Part shown: piece by piece, positions 1 to 11,229 of the stretch | Position numbering within the stretch: the stretch's first letter is position 1 | How the letters are laid out: each line of letters opens with the position of its first letter | Source: Buchnera aphidicola str. APS (Acyrthosiphon pisum) | GTDB lineage: Bacteria; Pseudomonadota; Gammaproteobacteria; Enterobacterales; Enterobacteriaceae | Assembly (NCBI RefSeq): GCF_000009605.1 | Contig: NC_002528.1 | Span: 60,001-92,000 of the forward strand | Direction: 5' to 3' | DNA: 32,000 nucleotides | Notes under the pieces: generated by a model | Told to the model about the DNA's origin: nothing | Database searches by the model: none | The model's input: the letters and a program-made list of their open reading frames with translations, nothing else | Made by a program: the position numbers and the translations under genes

Positions 1-773
1 AATTGTTTAAAAACTTCTGAAAGATTGTAAATTTCTAATAATGAATCTTTATGTGTTCGATTTTTATTTTTAATTGTATTATTTGTATTATTATATTGTA
101 TACGTAATTCAGAAAATTTTTCATTAGCTAATTCTGGATCAATACTATGATCATCTTCATGATCTTCTTGATTGTTTTCTTCGTCTTCTTCATTATTTTG
201 TTGTTCATCAAGAAGTTCAGAACCTATATGAATAGCTGTAGGGGGGAAAATTTCTTCTGCATTGGGATCTACAAAACCTGTTATTATATCTGATAATCGT
301 ATTTGTCCAGTTTTAACACGATCATATTGTTCAAGAAGATATGTAATGGCTTCTGGATACTCTGATACTGAGCATTGAACCTGATTAATGCCTTCTTCAA
401 TACGTTTAGCAATATCAATTTCTCCTTCTCGTGTGAGTAATTCAACAGTACCCATTTCTCTCATATACATGCGTACAGGATCAGTAGTTCGTCCTAATTC
501 AGATTCTACACTAGATAGTACCTGAGTTGCTGCTTCAACTGCATCTTCATCTGTATCTGTATTGATTTCATTTAATATTAGATCGTCAGCATCAGGTGCT
601 TCTTCAACTACTGGAATGCCCATGTCATTAATCATCTGAATAATATCATCGATTTGTTCAGAATCAATAATGTCTTCTGGTAGATGATCATTCACTTCAG
701 AATAGGTTAAATACCCTTGCTCCTTACCATGTGTGACAAGTAGCTTAAGTTGCGACTGTGGGTTTTGATCCAT
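1..773 (-). CDS. rpoD: RNA polymerase sigma-70 factor RpoD, N-terminal part (C-terminus beyond window edge)
   Basis: Minus-strand frame from ATG at 773 reads MDQNPQSQLKLLVTHGKEQGYLTYSEVNDHLPEDIIDSEQIDDIIQMINDMGIPVVEEAPDADDL..., then RTTDPVRMYMREMGTVELLTREGEIDIAKRIEEG (sigma-70 region 1.2). Open to the window edge. Directly follows rpsU-dnaG as in the macromolecular-synthesis operon. Confidence 0.97.
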   Translation of the reverse strand, partial: MDQNPQSQLKLLVTHGKEQGYLTYSEVNDHLPEDIIDSEQIDDIIQMINDMGIPVVEEAPDADDLILNEINTDTDEDAVEAATQVLSSVESELGRTTDPVRMYMREMGTVELLTREGEIDIAKRIEEGINQVQCSVSEYPEAITYLLEQYDRVKTGQIRLSDIITGFVDPNAEEIFPPTAIHIGSELLDEQQNNEEDEENNQEDHEDDHSIDPELANEKFSELRIQYNNTNNTIKNKNRTHKDSLLEIYNLSEVFKQ

Positions 774-940
774 AATGTGGTATCCGGAATTCTATTAATT
801 GAATGAATATTAATTGACTTTTTTGTCAATGATGAATAATAATAAAATTATTTTTAATATTTAAATAAATTAAAGAGTTTTTTAATTCATTAAACTTTTA
901 GTATATTTAATTTTTATTATATTTTTTAATAAGTATAATT

Positions 941-2674
941 TTATCTTTTCGATAACTTTTTATTAATAGACCAAATCTCTTTTTTTTCATTCATTTGCAA
1001 TCCTTTTTTTCTCTCTTTTGCAATAAGATATTCTCGTCTTTTTTCAAGGATTTTATCATGTATATTCATTAATAAATCTAAAAACATGTTTTGAGTTTCT
1101 TTTTGAATTATCATGTGATCCCATCGTGCTAAAATTTTTAAAACATTAATTATTGTAGTATTTCTGTATAGTTCTAATAATTGACCCGTATGAATATTAG
1201 GATTATCACGACATGTCTGTAATATTTCTAAAAAAATAGATAATCCTTTTATTTGTAAATTTTTAAATTTCATTGTCACAGGCACTAGTTTTGCTAAACT
1301 AGGATTTTGTACTAATAATCCTATTAAAGTACGCATGGGAGTACGTTTTATTTGGAAATATGTTTTTTGAGTATTTTTAGTTTCTTTTTCATATAAAAAT
1401 TTTTCAAATTGATTATCATCTAAAATTCCTATCATTCTAGCTAATATTTGACGCAAATAAATTCTTATAGTGTCACTAGAAATCGTATTTATTAAAGGTA
1501 AAGCATGTACGCTTAAATGAAATTTGTCATCATCAGATGATAAATTGATATTTTTTAGTATATTTTTAAAAAAAAATTTTGACATGGTAATTGCGTTATC
1601 AATTCGTTTTTGAAATTTTTCTCTACCTTCTTTTCTAATAATTGTATCAGGATCTTCCTGGTTAGGTAATAAAATAAATTTTAATGTTTTTTTGTCTGAT
1701 ATATACGGCAAGGCTTTTTTTAAAGTTTTCCAAGCTGCATTTTTTCCTGCATCATCACCATCATAGCAACATATAATGATATCAGTATTTTTAAAGAGAA
1801 GTTGAATGTGTTCAGTTGTTGTTGAAGTTCCTAATATAGAAACAGCATAATCGATATTATATTGTGTTAATGTTATAACATCAATATACCCCTCAACAAC
1901 CAATAAATATACAGGTTTTGAACATTTTTTTATAACTTGATATAATCCATATATTTGTTTTCTTTTATAAAAAATATCTGTTTCAGGTGAGTTAAGATAT
2001 TTTGGTGACATATCATTTAATGAGCGGCCCCCAAAACCTATGATTCTGCCATGATTATCTTGTATAGGAAATATTATACGTCCTTGAAATCGATCATATA
2101 TATATCCGTTTTTGTCAGTAGCAATAATATTGTTTATTAATAATTCTTGTTCAAATTCTTTACTTATATTTATTTTTTTATAAAATTCGTTCCATTTTAA
2201 ACTAGAAAATCCAATTAAAAAAAAATCAATCATATTTTGGTTGATACCTCTTCTAGCTAGATATTTATTAGCTAAATGAGTAACATTAATATTTTTTTTG
2301 TATAATTTACATATTTTTTCCATTAATAAATATAACTTTTGTTTTTTAACATAAATAGAATTTTGTACTGTATTTTCAAATGGTATTTTAACACCATGTA
2401 TTAACGCTAGTTCTTCGATGCTTTCTATAAAACTTAAATGTTCATACTGTATTAAAAAATCAATTGCGTTTCCATGTGCATTACATCCGAAACAATAATA
2501 AAATTGTTTTTCATTACTGACGGTAAAAGATGGAGTTTTATCATGATGAAAAGGACAATTTGTTTGATAATTTTTACCATATTTTTTTAATTCTAGACGT
2601 GTATTAATTAATTCTATGATATTAGTTCGAGACAGTAGTTCAGTAATAAAGTATTTAGGTATTTTTCCAGACAT
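941..2674 (-). CDS. dnaG: DNA primase DnaG
   Basis: 577 aa ORF with CHC2 zinc-finger motif [34 protein letters not shown] and Toprim motifs ([24 protein letters not shown]). Confidence 0.98.
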   Translation of the reverse strand: MSGKIPKYFITELLSRTNIIELINTRLELKKYGKNYQTNCPFHHDKTPSFTVSNEKQFYYCFGCNAHGNAIDFLIQYEHLSFIESIEELALIHGVKIPFENTVQNSIYVKKQKLYLLMEKICKLYKKNINVTHLANKYLARRGINQNMIDFFLIGFSSLKWNEFYKKINISKEFEQELLINNIIATDKNGYIYDRFQGRIIFPIQDNHGRIIGFGGRSLNDMSPKYLNSPETDIFYKRKQIYGLYQVIKKCSKPVYLLVVEGYIDVITLTQYNIDYAVSILGTSTTTEHIQLLFKNTDIIICCYDGDDAGKNAAWKTLKKALPYISDKKTLKFILLPNQEDPDTIIRKEGREKFQKRIDNAITMSKFFFKNILKNINLSSDDDKFHLSVHALPLINTISSDTIRIYLRQILARMIGILDDNQFEKFLYEKETKNTQKTYFQIKRTPMRTLIGLLVQNPSLAKLVPVTMKFKNLQIKGLSIFLEILQTCRDNPNIHTGQLLELYRNTTIINVLKILARWDHMIIQKETQNMFLDLLMNIHDKILEKRREYLIAKERKKGLQMNEKKEIWSINKKLSKR

Positions 2675-2700
2675 ATAATTTTATAATTATAGAATTCGTT

Positions 2701-2720
2701 TCCGTTCTTGAACAAGAACG
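2701..2720. promoter_or_regulatory. Perfect inverted repeat between rpsU and dnaG (ccgttcttg-aa-caagaacgg)
   Basis: Two 9-nt arms, 2701-2709 and 2712-2720. T-tract (ctttttttatttt) on the plus-strand side only. Confidence 0.7.
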
Positions 2721-2754
2721 GCTTTTTTTATTTATTTTATGTTTTAAAACATAT

Positions 2755-2970
<216 letters not shown>

Positions 2971-3203
2971 TCAAAATTTACCTTAATTATTTAATTTATG
3001 TGATAAAAAATTATCGAAATTTTTAGGATAATAGATCCTATATCAATTAGTGTGATATTGTAAAGTATCATTTTTTTATGTTTTAATGCAGTTTTAATTA
3101 AATATTTAGATTAGTTCATTTAAAATGAATGTTCATTTTAAAATTTATGTCAAATATATTTTTTCTTATTGTAAAAATTTATAATATATAGAGGTTTAAA
3201 TTT

Positions 3204-4214
3204 ATGAGAATATTAGGTATTGAGACTTCTTGTGATGATACAGGAATAGCTATTTATGATACTAACAAAGGTTTGTTAATTAATGAGATATATAATCAAA
3301 GAAAGTTAAACAATATATATGGAGGTATTATTCCAGAATTAGCATCTCGAGAACATATGGAAGCAATGATTGTTTTATTAAATAAAATATTTAAGAAAAA
3401 AAATATTTATAAATATGTTGATATGATTGCTTATACTGCAGGACCTGGTTTAATTGGTTCATTATTAGTTGGAGCTACATTTGCTTGTTCATTAGGGTTA
3501 TCATTAAATATACCAGTTCTACCTGTGCATCATATGGAAGCGCATTTATTATCACCGATGTTAGACTATAAAACAATTCAATTTCCATTTATTGGATTAT
3601 TGGTATCGGGAAAACATACACAAATTATAGGTGCACATAAATTTGGTGAGTATGAAATACTTGGAAATTGTTTAGATGATGCAGCAGGTGAAGCATTTGA
3701 TAAGACAGCAAAATTATTAGGATTAAAATATCCAGGTGGTTTAGAATTATCTAAATTAGCTTCTAAGGGAATAAAAGATTATTTTTATTTTCCCAGACCG
3801 ATGATACATCATTCTGATTTAAATTTTAGCTTTTCAGGTTTGAAAACTTTTGCAGCTCAAACGATTAAGAAATCCAGTAAAAGTATGCAAGAAAAAGCTA
3901 ATATTGCAAAAGCTTTTGAAGATGCAGTAATTGATATATTATTAATTAAAACTAAAAAAGCATTAAAAAAACAAAAATGGAAACGTTTAGTTATAGCTGG
4001 TGGTGTTAGTGCAAATCAAAAATTACGTAAAAAATCCGAGATCATGGTTAAAAAAAATTTTAATGGAACAGTTTTTTATTCAAGTTTAGAATTTTGTACA
4101 GATAATGCTGCGATGATTGCCTATCTTGGTTCATTGCGTCAAAAAGAAGCGCGGAATTCTCAATTAGAAATATTGGTTAAACCAAAATGGTCTATAGATG
4201 ATTTATGTTTTTAA
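3204..4214 (+). CDS. tsaD: tRNA N6-adenosine threonylcarbamoyltransferase TsaD
   Basis: 336 aa [19 protein letters not shown]...; [11 protein letters not shown] metal-binding motif; [10 protein letters not shown]. Confidence 0.97.
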   Translation: MRILGIETSCDDTGIAIYDTNKGLLINEIYNQRKLNNIYGGIIPELASREHMEAMIVLLNKIFKKKNIYKYVDMIAYTAGPGLIGSLLVGATFACSLGLSLNIPVLPVHHMEAHLLSPMLDYKTIQFPFIGLLVSGKHTQIIGAHKFGEYEILGNCLDDAAGEAFDKTAKLLGLKYPGGLELSKLASKGIKDYFYFPRPMIHHSDLNFSFSGLKTFAAQTIKKSSKSMQEKANIAKAFEDAVIDILLIKTKKALKKQKWKRLVIAGGVSANQKLRKKSEIMVKKNFNGTVFYSSLEFCTDNAAMIAYLGSLRQKEARNSQLEILVKPKWSIDDLCF

Positions 4215-4839
4215 TATAAAAAATTAAGTCTTGTATGGTTAATACTTGCATTTTTTTATTTTCAGAAAATTTTATTATTTCAGGGGTACGAGCCATGGTA
4301 CCATCTTTATTTGTTAATTCACAAATAACCCCGGCTGGTTTGAAACCTGCTAGAGAAACAATTTCTATAGCAGCTTCTGTGTGTCCTGGTCTTGATAAAA
4401 CTCCGCCTTTATGAGCTCGCAGAGGAAATACATGACCTGGTCTATTTAAATCACTTGGTTTAGCGTCATCAGCAATAGCGGTTTTTATAGTAGTGAGTCT
4501 ATCTTTAGCTGATACGCCAGTAGATATACCTTTAGAAGCTTCTATTGTGACTGTAAATCCGGTGCGATATGCGCTAGTATTTTTCTTAACCATCATAGGT
4601 AAATTAAGTTGTTTCCGTTTAGATTCGGTTATACAAAGACATACTATTCCACTACCGTACCGAATACTTAGAGCCATTTGTTCTACTGTCATATTTTCAC
4701 ATGCAAAAACAAGATCTCCTTCGTTTTCACGTTCTTCATCATCTAATATAATAACACCTTGTCCGGACTTCAAAGCAAGTATTGCATTTTTAATTCTTTC
4801 TATAGGTTTTCCAAATTTAGATAATAGTGTTTGATTCAT
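4192..4839 (-). CDS. ribB: 3,4-dihydroxy-2-butanone 4-phosphate synthase
   Basis: 215 aa; [38 protein letters not shown] motifs of RibB. Confidence 0.97.
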   Translation of the reverse strand: MNQTLLSKFGKPIERIKNAILALKSGQGVIILDDEERENEGDLVFACENMTVEQMALSIRYGSGIVCLCITESKRKQLNLPMMVKKNTSAYRTGFTVTIEASKGISTGVSAKDRLTTIKTAIADDAKPSDLNRPGHVFPLRAHKGGVLSRPGHTEAAIEIVSLAGFKPAGVICELTNKDGTMARTPEIIKFSENKKMQVLTIQDLIFYIKNINHL

Positions 4840-5110
4840 TATAAAAATCTTAATAGAGTTAAATTATTTAAAAAAAGTTTTATTTATAGAAAAATTAGTT
4901 AAATTTTATGTTTGTATAGTTAATATATTATATATTGAATTAAATTTAAGAGCAATGTAGAAATTATTATATTGAATAATATTTTTTCAATTTTTTATCT
5001 ATTAGCATTCTAAACAACATATTGATATAAAATTTTACTTCGATTTTTTTTTAAAAGCTTACTTGAAAAAATAGACCAAATAAAAATACAAAAATTAAAT
5101 AACAGTACTT

Positions 5111-6058
5111 TTATTGATGGTTTAAAACAGAATTTAACTCATTAATATTCAATGTTTCAGTTCCAATTTTCTGTATAACAATACTGGCTCCAATATTGGC
5201 ATAAAAACAAGCTTCTTCTAAAGAATATCCAGTTGCTAAAGATGCTGCAATTATAGCGATCACTGTATCTCCTGCACCAGTTACATCTGAAGCTATTTTA
5301 GATGCGGCAGGAAAATGTATTGGTTTTTTTTCTTTTTGAAATAGAGTCATTCCATTCTTAGAACGAGTAACTAATAAAGCTGATAACTGTAGTTCAGATA
5401 ATAATTTTATCCCTCTTTGTAGTATTTCATTTTCTCTATAACATTTGCCAACTATCTTTTCAAATTCAAAAAGATTTGGTGTTAATAAACTAGCTCCCGA
5501 ATATTTTTTAAAATCTATTCCTTTAGGATCTATAAGTATAGGGATAGACATTTTTTTTGCAAGATCAATAATATTTTGTATATTTGCCAAAGTGCCTTTT
5601 GCATAATCTGAAAGTACTAAAATTTTAAAAGACGATATTGAATCAATAATTTTTTGATGTAATAGATTGTTTTTATTAGAAATATATTTTTCTTGAAAAT
5701 CCACTCGAATTAATTGTTTTTTCTCTGATAAGATTCTAATCTTAGTAATAGTTTTATTGTTTTTTATAGAGATTAAATCAGAATCAATTCGAATATGATC
5801 CATAAGTTTTTTTAATATTAATCCTTCATTATCCATTCCAATAAAACCAACAATTTTAGTATACCCCCCAATCTCTGCAATATTTTTAGCTACATTTGCA
5901 GCACCTCCAGGTTGTTCTTTGATTTTATTAATTGGTACAATTGGTGTTAATTGTTCAGATAGCATATAGTGATTTTTGCTATACCAATAACAATCTAGTA
6001 TTAGATCTCCGACAACTAAAACTAGTGAGTTATTGAAATTTATTAATTTTTTCTTCAT
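5111..6058 (-). CDS. hldE: D-glycero-beta-D-manno-heptose-7-phosphate kinase, kinase domain only (HldE/RfaE N-terminal domain)
   Basis: 315 aa PfkB-type kinase: [17 protein letters not shown] near the N-terminus and [20 protein letters not shown] catalytic motif. The C-terminal nucleotidyltransferase domain (TNGCFDxLHxGH type) is absent. Confidence 0.9.
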
Positions 6059-6271
6059 AGTGTTATCTCTGTATATTTTAAAGAATATAATGAAAATTAA
6101 AAATTCAATTTTTTTATAAATATAAACATTTGAAAGTTTAATAGATATTTTTTATTTAATATATAAATATTATTATATTATTGAATTGTGGAAAAATAAT
6201 AAATAATTATATAAAAAATTCTATTTTTCTATTATAGAATAGAATTTTGTTTTTAGTATGAGAAAATTATT

Positions 6272-7516
6272 ATGAAAATATATTTAGTAGGAGGAGCTGT
6301 GCGTGACTCCTTACTTAATTTACCCGTTAAAGATAAAGATTGGGTAGTAGTTGGTGGTACAGAAAAAATACTGCTAGAAAGAAATTTTCAGCAAGTCGGA
6401 AAAGATTTTCCAGTTTTCTTACATCCAGAAACACATGAAGAGTACGCTTTGGCAAGGAAAGAAAGAAAATCTGGAAAAGGATATACTGGATTTGATACTG
6501 ATTGTAATTCAGATGTTACTTTAGAAGAAGATTTAATAAGACGAGATTTAACAATCAATGCTATTGCTCAAGATGAGTACGGTAATTATATTGACCCGTT
6601 TCAAGGTAAAAAAGATATAGAATGTGGTTTAATAAGACATGTATCAGAATCTTTTATAGAAGATCCATTGCGTGTATTACGTGTAGCAAGATTTGCTGCA
6701 ACTTTAGTACATTTAGGATTTAAAATTGCAGAAGAAACTATGTTATTAATGTGCATTATAGTTAAAAAACAGGAATTGTCATATTTAACGTCAAACAGAA
6801 TATGGAATGAAACTGAAAAAGCTTTGAAAACCCTTAACCCTCATGTATATTTTCAAGTTTTGTATGAATGCAATGCATTGCATTTTTTTTTCCCTGAAAT
6901 GTATTTTTTATATGAAAAAAAAAATTTTTTAAACCGTTCTTTTTTCAAAAAATTCTGTAATAAGAATATTATATTAATGGGTTTGGCTGAAATATCACTT
7001 TTGAATAAAGATATCGATGTTCGTTTTTCTTATTTATGTCAATTTTTATCAGTTAATCAAATAGATAGAAATTATTCAAAAATATTTTTTGACTCATATG
7101 CGGCTTCTATTATTCATAGTGTATGTAAACGCTTTAAGATCCCATCTTATATTCGAGACATAGCAGTATTAAATACTGGTTTTTATTTTTTTTTAAATAC
7201 GATTCATTATCAATCATCTAAAAATATTATAAATCTATTTTCAAAAGTTGATGCTTGGAGAAAACCTGATCGTGTAAAAAAATTAGCATTTTTAAGTAAT
7301 TTTAATTTTTTAAGAAACTTTAAATCTGAATTTTTTTGTATAAAGTCTGGTTGTTTTTTAGAAAAATGTTTTTCTGTTGTAAAAAATGTTTCTATTAAAT
7401 TAATTTTAAAAAAAGGTTTTAAGGGATATGAAATAAAACAAGAAATAACGCGTCTAAGAATTAAAAAATTAGAATTTTGGCGTATAAAAAATATTAAACA
7501 TCGTTTCTATCTATGA
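6272..7516 (+). CDS. cca: CCA tRNA nucleotidyltransferase
   Basis: 414 aa [29 protein letters not shown]...; [27 protein letters not shown]; [10 protein letters not shown]. Confidence 0.97.
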   Translation: MKIYLVGGAVRDSLLNLPVKDKDWVVVGGTEKILLERNFQQVGKDFPVFLHPETHEEYALARKERKSGKGYTGFDTDCNSDVTLEEDLIRRDLTINAIAQDEYGNYIDPFQGKKDIECGLIRHVSESFIEDPLRVLRVARFAATLVHLGFKIAEETMLLMCIIVKKQELSYLTSNRIWNETEKALKTLNPHVYFQVLYECNALHFFFPEMYFLYEKKNFLNRSFFKKFCNKNIILMGLAEISLLNKDIDVRFSYLCQFLSVNQIDRNYSKIFFDSYAASIIHSVCKRFKIPSYIRDIAVLNTGFYFFLNTIHYQSSKNIINLFSKVDAWRKPDRVKKLAFLSNFNFLRNFKSEFFCIKSGCFLEKCFSVVKNVSIKLILKKGFKGYEIKQEITRLRIKKLEFWRIKNIKHRFYL

Positions 7517-7541
7517 AATCAATCTTTAATTAATATTTTAA

Positions 7542-8339
7542 TCAATTAATAAAATAAATCAATCCAGATATGATAAAGCGATATATTCCGAAGAATATTA
7601 GTGACGTTCTATTGATTATTTTTAATAATTTTTTGATACACAATATAGATACTATAAAAGAGATCATGAATCCAATAAAAAATATTGGAAGATCTAATAT
7701 TTTAAAATTATGCATATTATTTATAAAATCATAAAATGATGCTCCCATTATTAATGGAATAGATATTATAAAAGAAAATTCTATTGCAACTGATCGTTTA
7801 ATTCCTAATAATATTGCAGTTCCTATAGTGGCTCCAGATCTTGAAAAACCAGGATACAAACAAAAAATTTGAAAAAACCCAATTATTGCGGATTGAAGCA
7901 AACTAATATCATTAATACTACACGTTTTATATTTTTTAGGTTTAAATATTTCAGATATTAATAAAAAAATTCCACCTAATATTAATGCATACATAACATT
8001 ATATGTATTAAATAGTAGTTTTATTTTTTTATAAAATAGAAGTCCAAAAAATATTGTAGGTAAAATAGCAAGGAGAATATGAAGATTTTTTGTATTTGTT
8101 TTTTTAACATTTATGTTAAATTTTAATATTCTTAAAATTTTTTTATGAAAAAAATACAATATCGATAATGCAGAGCCGAATTCAATAAATATTTCTAATA
8201 TTTTGGTATTTTCGTTATCTATTTTTAACCAATGAGAAGCGATAATCATATGTCCTGTAGAAGATATAGGAAGAAATTCTGTTATCCCTTCTATTACTCC
8301 GATAATAATAGAAACAATAACTTGATGTAGATCAAGCAT
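7542..8339 (-). CDS. uppP: Undecaprenyl-diphosphatase UppP/BacA
   Basis: 265 aa membrane protein; GVIEGITEFLPISSTGHMIIA and PGFSRSGATI active-site motifs. Confidence 0.97.
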   Translation of the reverse strand: MLDLHQVIVSIIIGVIEGITEFLPISSTGHMIIASHWLKIDNENTKILEIFIEFGSALSILYFFHKKILRILKFNINVKKTNTKNLHILLAILPTIFFGLLFYKKIKLLFNTYNVMYALILGGIFLLISEIFKPKKYKTCSINDISLLQSAIIGFFQIFCLYPGFSRSGATIGTAILLGIKRSVAIEFSFIISIPLIMGASFYDFINNMHNFKILDLPIFFIGFMISFIVSILCIKKLLKIINRTSLIFFGIYRFIISGLIYFIN

Positions 8340-8384
8340 ATATTTTCCTGTTATAAAATAATTTTATTTTAGTATATATAAATT

Positions 8385-8413
8385 AAAACGGTACTAAATA
8401 ATAGCACCGTTTT
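8385..8413 (-). terminator. Probable intrinsic terminator of the crr transcript
   Basis: On the minus strand: AAAACGGTGCT-ATTATTT-AGTACCGTTTT, an 11-bp stem with one G.U and a 7-nt loop, 11 nt beyond the crr stop. Confidence 0.7.
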
Positions 8414-8424
8414 TGTATTAAAAA

Positions 8425-8910
8425 TCAATGATACAAAGTTATAATAACTGTCTGTCCAGCAGCAATAGTTCCTGATGATTTTTTTATTTTTTTAAAATTC
8501 TCTATGTTTGATATTACAACAGGAGTTAAAATAGACTCTGCTTTTTCTTTTATAAATTCTAAGTCTAGTATAATAATTTCATCTCCTATTTTTACTTTTT
8601 GATTATCTTTTGCTTTTTTTTTAAAACCTTCTCCTTTTAATTTTACGGTATCAATACCAAAATGTATAAATAATTCAACATTATCTTCTGAAATGATTGA
8701 AAAAGCATGCATAGTTTCAAATATTTTTCCAATCGTTCCATTTACTGGTGCGAGTATCCGATTACTTGAAGGTTTAATAGCTATTCCGTCTCCTACAATT
8801 TTTTTAGAAAAAACAGGATCTGGAACATCTTCTATATTTATTATATCTCCTGATAAAGGTGCAAAAATTTCTGTTTTTTTACTGTTAAAAAAATCAGAAA
8901 AGAAACTCAT
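8425..8910 (-). CDS. crr: PTS glucose-specific EIIA component
   Basis: 161 aa; [40 protein letters not shown] (phosphorylated His region). Downstream of ptsI. Confidence 0.97.
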   Translation of the reverse strand: MSFFSDFFNSKKTEIFAPLSGDIINIEDVPDPVFSKKIVGDGIAIKPSSNRILAPVNGTIGKIFETMHAFSIISEDNVELFIHFGIDTVKLKGEGFKKKAKDNQKVKIGDEIIILDLEFIKEKAESILTPVVISNIENFKKIKKSSGTIAAGQTVIITLYH

Positions 8911-8959
8911 TTTTTTCTCCTAATAACTCTTACGTTATTTTTATAATATATTCTGCCTC

Positions 8960-10675
8960 TTAATGATTAACAAAATTTTCTACTAAATTAAGTATTTCTC
9001 TGTTAGTAGGTAGTGTCAATGCTTTTTGAGCTAATTTTTTAGCACTAGAAAAAGATGTTTTGCGAATGATCTCTTTAATTTTAGGGATGCTTATTGAACT
9101 CATACTAAATTCATCCAATCCCATCCCTAATAATAGAATAGTAGCTCGTTCATCGCCTGCAAGTTCTCCACACATACCAGTCCATTTTCCATGTGTATGC
9201 GAGACGTTTATAACTTGTTGAATTAGTTTTAAAACAGATGGATTCATAGGATTATAAAGATGTGAAATCAAATCGTTACCTCTATCAACAGCTAAAGTAT
9301 ATTGTGTTAAATCATTTGTTCCAATGCTAAAAAAATCTACTTCTTTAATTAAATATTCGGCTATTATAGCTGACGCTGGAGTTTCTATCATAATTCCAAT
9401 TTTAATATTCTTATCAAATGGTATGTTATTATTTTTTAATTGTATTTGAAGTTTTCGAACCTCTGATTTTAAAATTCTAATTTCTTCTACGGATATTATC
9501 ATAGGGAAGAGGATATATATTTTTCCAAAAGCAGACGCTCTAAGAATAGCATTTAATTGTGTATGTAATATTTCTTTTCGATCCATTGAAATACGTATAG
9601 CACGCCATCCAAGAAACGGGTTTTCTTCTTTTGGTAAATTCATATAAGGAAGATCTTTATCCCCTCCAATATCCATTGTTCTAATAATAACAGATTTATT
9701 TTTCATTAATTCTGCAATGGTTTTATATGCTTGGAATTGTTCGTTTTCATCAGGTAAACAGTTTCTGCCCATAAATAAAAATTCAGTTCGATATAGACCA
9801 ATACATTCAGCGCCATTTTTTTTTGCTGATTTAATGTCTTCAACATTTCCAATATTAGAACCAATTTTAATAGCATGTCCGTCAGTAGTAATAGCTTGTA
9901 AATTCTTTAAATTTATTAACTGATTTTTTTTTGTGAGATATTTCTTTTTTATTACTTCTGTTTGATTAATTAATTTATGAGATGGATTTATGAGAATTTG
10001 ATTATTTATAGAATCTAAAATGATAAAATCATTATTTTTTACTATCTTTGTAATGTTCCCGGTTCCTACTATTGCAGGAATTTCTAATGATCTTGCCATA
10101 ATAGATGTATGTGATGTTCTACTTCCTAAATCAGTAATAAATCCTAAAATATATTTTAGATTAATTTGAGCAGTTTCAGAAGGAGTTAAGTCTTTTGCAA
10201 TTAAAATTACTTCATTATTGATATTATTTAAATCAATAATGTTTAAATTAAGTATATTTTTTAATAAACGATTGCCAATATCTCTTACATCGATTGCTCT
10301 ATTTTTTAAATATTCATCTTTCAATTTTTCCAGAGCTTTTGCTTGTCCTTCAATAATTAATTCAGTTGCTGCTGCAGCCGACATATTTTTTTCTTTTATT
10401 AAAGAAATAACTTCTTGTTCTAGCTCTTCATCTTCAAGAAGCATAATATGTCCTTCAAAAATACTTTCTTTTTTTTCTCCAAACTTTTCTTTTGTCTTAG
10501 TTTTTATTTCTGTGAGTTGTTGAATTGATTTTCTTCTTCCTTCAAAAAATCTTTCTATTTCTTTTGTAATATTTTTAATATTAATTATTTTCCGGTTAAT
10601 AACAATTTCATCTTCTTTTAATAAAAGAGCTGTTCCAAAAGCTATACCCGGTGATGCTAAAATGCCTGAAATCAT
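8960..10675 (-). CDS. ptsI: PTS enzyme I (phosphoenolpyruvate-protein phosphotransferase)
   Basis: 571 aa; [21 protein letters not shown] (active His) and [32 protein letters not shown]. Confidence 0.98.
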   Translation of the reverse strand: MISGILASPGIAFGTALLLKEDEIVINRKIINIKNITKEIERFFEGRRKSIQQLTEIKTKTKEKFGEKKESIFEGHIMLLEDEELEQEVISLIKEKNMSAAAATELIIEGQAKALEKLKDEYLKNRAIDVRDIGNRLLKNILNLNIIDLNNINNEVILIAKDLTPSETAQINLKYILGFITDLGSRTSHTSIMARSLEIPAIVGTGNITKIVKNNDFIILDSINNQILINPSHKLINQTEVIKKKYLTKKNQLINLKNLQAITTDGHAIKIGSNIGNVEDIKSAKKNGAECIGLYRTEFLFMGRNCLPDENEQFQAYKTIAELMKNKSVIIRTMDIGGDKDLPYMNLPKEENPFLGWRAIRISMDRKEILHTQLNAILRASAFGKIYILFPMIISVEEIRILKSEVRKLQIQLKNNNIPFDKNIKIGIMIETPASAIIAEYLIKEVDFFSIGTNDLTQYTLAVDRGNDLISHLYNPMNPSVLKLIQQVINVSHTHGKWTGMCGELAGDERATILLLGMGLDEFSMSSISIPKIKEIIRKTSFSSAKKLAQKALTLPTNREILNLVENFVNH

Positions 10676-10823
10676 AACATTACCTTTAATAATAAAGTTT
10701 ATCTATTCAGAGATGGAAATATGACGTGTCAGGCGAATCATTTTTCATAAAATAATTAGAAGTTTTTTTATTCAGCTCCTACGTATTTTGTAGAGAAATT
10801 TAACATTAATACTTAAGAACAAT

Positions 10824-11081
10824 TTATTCTAATTCTGTCATTATTAGAGATAAATGTTCAATTGCCTTTTTTTCATCTTCTCCTTCAGCTGATAATGTAA
10901 TAAGACTTCCTTGAATAAGGCCTAGTGTTTGAATTTTAAATAAACTTTTTGCATTTACTGATTTTCCGTTATAAATAATAGAAATTTCAGAAGTAAATTT
11001 TTTTGCTTCTTTTACAAACTGAGCAGCAGGTCGAGTATGCAAACCATGTGGAGCAGTAATTTTAACTTGGTTTTGAAACAT
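10824..11081 (-). CDS. ptsH: Phosphocarrier protein HPr
   Basis: 85 aa [29 protein letters not shown]...; active His in GLHTRPA. Confidence 0.98.
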   Translation of the reverse strand: MFQNQVKITAPHGLHTRPAAQFVKEAKKFTSEISIIYNGKSVNAKSLFKIQTLGLIQGSLITLSAEGEDEKKAIEHLSLIMTELE

Positions 11082-11229
11082 TTTTTTTCCTTAGTAAGAG
11101 TTGATTAATCTAATATTGTAATAATTTTAAAAAAAATTTTTATTGTAACTATTAAAATACAAATTATCTAATAAAAACAAGGTTTTTTAGAGTTTTTATA
11201 TTAAATAAATTCTATTTTTAATAGTTTTT

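Noticed and set aside
4493-4834. 113-aa plus-strand ORF antisense to ribB
   Set aside because: Entirely within the conserved ribB gene; shadow ORF.
6911-6930. A10/T6 homopolymer in cca and a similar A10 tract in ligA (~13324) as possible frameshift sites
   Set aside because: Both genes are full-length in frame, and such tracts are common in this AT-rich genome; no sign of decay or recoding.
8693-8923. 76-aa plus-strand ORF antisense to crr
   Set aside because: Shadow of crr coding constraint.
9717-10523. Plus-strand ORFs 9717..9923 and 10218..10523 antisense to ptsI
   Set aside because: Both lie inside the conserved ptsI gene and have serine-rich, shadow-type composition.
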